In this document: one piece after another, positions 61,662-64,000 of the stretch | Position numbering within the stretch: position 1 is the stretch's first letter | How the letters are laid out: each line of letters opens with the position of its first letter | Source: an uncultured Bacteroidales bacterium | GTDB taxonomy: Bacteria; Bacteroidota; Bacteroidia; Bacteroidales; Bacteroidaceae | Assembly (NCBI GenBank): GCA_902770725.1 | Contig: CACXUA010000001.1 | Span: 300-64,299, forward strand | Direction: 5' to 3' | DNA length: 64,000 nt | The notes under the pieces: generated by a model | Database searches by the model: none | Told to the model about the DNA's origin: nothing | What the model saw: only the letters and a program-made list of their open reading frames with translations | Position numbers and translations under genes: made by a program

Positions 61662-62429
61662 ATGGAGACGCATTTCAGTCTGGAAGATTCGCCGAGTTTT
61701 CGTATGATACGGCTCGATGAGGTGGACTCTACAAACAGCTACCTGCGGCGGCTCGACATGCAGGATGACCAACGCCTGACGCTTGTGACGGCTGAGTTCC
61801 AGAGCGCTGGAAGGGGAGCTGACACGAATCGATGGGAATCGGAGCGAGCCAAGAATCTCCTTTTCAGCCTTCGCCTGATGCCGGGCAACCTGCCTGTCCG
61901 ACGGATGTTCGCTGTTTCGGAGGTGGCAGCCCTTGCCGTTCGAGACGCCCTCAATGCGTTTGCGCCAGGCTTCTGCATTAAGTGGCCCAACGACATCTAC
62001 TATGAGGACAGCAAGGTGGCAGGCATACTTATCGAGAACGACTTGCAGGGAGCGATGATCAGGTGCTCTACGATTGGCATCGGCATCAATGTCAACCAGC
62101 GACGCTTCCTGAGTGATGCTCCTAATCCGCGTTCCCTGGCGGACATCGTGGGGCACGACATAGAGCGTCGCCTTGTGCTGGAGCAGTTCATGGAACTTGT
62201 CTTGCACTACATGAAGTCACTCGACGAGGGTAAGGATGACGTGCTTGATGCTCTGCACGAACACTATAAGGAGGGTCTCTACCGAATGGGTGAAGAGCAT
62301 AAATTTATCGATGAAATGGGCGTTTTTTGCGCCAAGATTATCGATGTTGAGCAGTCGGGTCACCTCATTCTGCAGGATGAAAAAGGCATTCGACGCTATG
62401 AATTCAAACAACTAAAATATATAATATGA
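61662..62429 (+). CDS. birA: biotin--[acetyl-CoA-carboxylase] ligase (no N-terminal HTH domain)
   Basis: Motifs QSAGRGADTNRWES and KWPNDIYYEDSKVAGILIE, 255 aa. Confidence 0.88.
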   Translation: METHFSLEDSPSFRMIRLDEVDSTNSYLRRLDMQDDQRLTLVTAEFQSAGRGADTNRWESERAKNLLFSLRLMPGNLPVRRMFAVSEVAALAVRDALNAFAPGFCIKWPNDIYYEDSKVAGILIENDLQGAMIRCSTIGIGINVNQRRFLSDAPNPRSLADIVGHDIERRLVLEQFMELVLHYMKSLDEGKDDVLDALHEHYKEGLYRMGEEHKFIDEMGVFCAKIIDVEQSGHLILQDEKGIRRYEFKQLKYII

Positions 62430-63133
62430 GATTCAAACGCATTCTTCTTAAGCTTTCGGGCGAGAGCTTAATGGGTGAACAAGGCTACGGCATCGACGTA
62501 AAACGACTGAATGAGTATGCCACACAAATCAAAGAAGTGGCTGACATGGGCGTGCAGATTGGCATCGTCATCGGTGGAGGCAACATCTTCCGCGGTTTGT
62601 CGGGAGCCGGCAAGGGCTTCGACCGCGTCAAGGGCGACCAGATGGGCATGTGCGCCACAGTCATCAACTCGCTGGCACTGAGCAGCGCGCTCGATTCTGT
62701 CGGCCAGAAGAACCGTGTGCTGACGGCTATCCGCATGGAGCCCATCGGCGAGTTCTACAGCAAATGGAAAGCAATCGAGGCGATGAATAGGGGCGAAGTG
62801 GCCATCTTCAGCGCAGGCACAGGCAGTCCTTACTTCACGACAGACACAGGTTCTTCGCTGCGAGGCATCGAGATCGAAGCAGATGTTATGCTCAAAGGCA
62901 CCCGTGTGGACGGCGTCTATACTGCTGATCCAGAGAAAGATCCGACGGCCACAAAGTTCCACGATATTACTTACGAAGAGGTCATCTCGCGTGGTTTGAA
63001 GGTGATGGACATTACTGCAACCGCCATGTGCATGCAGAACAACCTGCCCATCTACGTCTTCAACATGGATATCGTGGGCAACCTCAAGCGTGTCCTCAAC
63101 GGCGAGGAGATAGGCACTTTGGTGCATAACTGA
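62426..63133 (+). CDS. pyrH: UMP kinase
   Basis: Motifs ILLKLSGESL, VIGGGNIFRG, SAGTGSPYFTTDT and VDGVYTADP. The start overlaps the birA stop (ATGA). Confidence 0.96.
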   Translation: MRFKRILLKLSGESLMGEQGYGIDVKRLNEYATQIKEVADMGVQIGIVIGGGNIFRGLSGAGKGFDRVKGDQMGMCATVINSLALSSALDSVGQKNRVLTAIRMEPIGEFYSKWKAIEAMNRGEVAIFSAGTGSPYFTTDTGSSLRGIEIEADVMLKGTRVDGVYTADPEKDPTATKFHDITYEEVISRGLKVMDITATAMCMQNNLPIYVFNMDIVGNLKRVLNGEEIGTLVHN

Positions 63134-63163
63134 ACAAACGACTTCAGGGGCGAATGAAAACGA

Positions 63164-63260
63164 GGCACGTTAAGTTGGCAAACTTAACGTGCCTAATTTC
63201 TTAACTCAACGTGTTAAGTTTGCCGGTTCAGCACAGCGTGTTGTTCAACCTGGCGTGCCG
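63164..63260. repeat. ACGT-box REP-like cluster, family copy E (a further unit lies at 63338-63372)
   Basis: A perfect 13-bp hairpin GGCACGTTAAGTT-GGCA-AACTTAACGTGCC (63164-63193) is followed by CTTAACTCAACGTGTTAAGTTTGCC. Confidence 0.9.
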
Positions 63261-63265
63261 TGTTG

Positions 63266-63333
63266 ATTAAATAGTCATGAATATTTAATTATAGATTCAT
63301 GAACATTTAATTAAATATTCATGACTATTTAAT
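63266..63333. repeat. AT-rich palindromic element, copy 2 (25-bp perfect terminal inverted repeats)
   Basis: ATTAAATAGTCATGAATATTTAATT (63266-63290) is the exact reverse complement of AATTAAATATTCATGACTATTTAAT (63309-63333). It is homologous to 38300-38367. Confidence 0.95.
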
Positions 63334-63390
63334 GAACTTAACGTGTCGCGTCGAGTGAGATGACGTGAAGAGTGGGGGTAGAGAGAAAGT

Positions 63391-63434
63391 AAAAGGCCCA
63401 TGGTTTCCCATGAGCCTTTTGTCGTTTTATTTGC
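63391..63434. terminator. bidirectional intrinsic terminator between pyrH and the right-edge gene
   Basis: Stem AAAAGGCCCATGG / CCATGAGCCTTTT (one mismatch) with a 4-nt loop and T-rich tracts on both strands. Confidence 0.7.
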
Positions 63435-63517
63435 TTGAAGCAGGCTTGACTTTCAGTCGAGCCGACTCATGTTCGACATCACTCAAACTTGCCCAAAAGC
63501 ATGCTTGGGCAATGTTT

Positions 63518-64000
63518 TCACTTAATCGTCGGCTTTTTCGAGAAGATGGCTTTGATGCGCGCCATGTCGAACTTGGCCGTTCTGTCGTAGAAGTAGATGC
63601 CGTTCTGCTCCTGCTCGACATCGGTCAGCTGCGTGTAGGTGTAGCCCCAGACGTTGTCGGCAATCTCCATCAACGCATCGACCTGGCCTTCCAAGCGTGC
63701 GTAGAACTCCTCCAGAGAGTGTGGTGGTTCGCCATAACCCCAGCTGGCATTGGAGTTGCCCGTCGCCTGGTCTTGTCCTTTCACCCACTTGATGCCGCCG
63801 AACTCATCGAGGAGATAGGGCTTGTCGGCTTTCTCGTAGCGCGGGTAATCATAGACCTCGTTGTCTTTCGGGCGGTTGAAGCCGGTGTTGGTGCGCGGAA
63901 CGTCCAGCGTGTTGTTGGGCGTCTGGAACCAGCGCTCGCCATTGAAGATGACTTCCTTCAGTCGCTTGGGATCTTGCTCGTAGTTGTGCGTCGTCCAGAT
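63518..64000 (-). CDS. glycoside hydrolase (GH2-like) C-terminal part; gene continues beyond the right edge
   Basis: The frame is open from base 64000 down to the stop at 63518. It reads ...YLLDEFGGIKWVKGQD...NVWGYTYTQLTDVEQEQNGIYFYDRTAKF, resembling the nucleophile region and C-terminus of GH2-type TIM-barrel enzymes. The ORF-track start at 63784 is only an internal GTG. Confidence 0.6.
   Translation of the reverse strand: MWTTHNYEQDPKRLKEVIFNGERWFQTPNNTLDVPRTNTGFNRPKDNEVYDYPRYEKADKPYLLDEFGGIKWVKGQDQATGNSNASWGYGEPPHSLEEFYARLEGQVDALMEIADNVWGYTYTQLTDVEQEQNGIYFYDRTAKFDMARIKAIFSKKPTIK

Overview
This 64 kb window looks like a chromosomal segment of a Bacteroidota genome, most likely a Prevotella/Segatella-type Bacteroidales. 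I infer that from TAnnTTTG -7 promoter boxes 20-60 nt upstream of most operons, the absence of Shine-Dalgarno sequences, T9SS C-terminal sorting domains, a BspA-type LRR surface protein and GH2/GH29/GH97/GH105 enzymes. All protein names come from motif recognition by eye; no database search was run.

Content: about 50 protein genes and 2 tRNAs (Leu-UAA, Gln-CUG), mostly core housekeeping.
- tadA; fadD-prfB; a CYTH protein; lrp divergent from metY-cysK
- an unknown secreted protein plus a GH29 fucosidase
- a tlpA / beta-barrel / Omp28-like / T9SS-cargo operon
- rsfS-ftsH-cdsA; corA; a DUF349 protein
- a GNAT / KAS / ACP / FAD-oxidoreductase / DUF5686-like / DUF4833-like cluster
- pnp; GH97; an aldo-keto reductase
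- rimP-nusA-infB-cvpA-sufBCDS
- a GH105 / GH2 / GHMP-kinase / nucleotidyltransferase operon
- birA-pyrH

I saw no CRISPR array, transposase, integrase, reverse transcriptase or recognisable defence gene, and I cannot name a clear-cut new system.

Best candidates for something undescribed:
1. An orphan P-loop protein translationally coupled to a giant LRR/discoidin T9SS cargo. It sits behind a ~370-nt structured leader and phased iteron-like repeats (779-5190).
2. The orphan acyl-lipid-type cassette at 30969-38204.
3. The CxxC-rich envelope/T9SS operon at 17143-22528.
4. An unusually dense set of short non-coding repeat families. These are heptamer microsatellites at gene boundaries (one in-frame inside cdsA), a 112-bp double-promoter element in two copies, a 22-bp x4 array between cvpA and sufB, ACGT-box REP-like clusters, AT-rich palindromic elements, and duplicated gene 3' ends.
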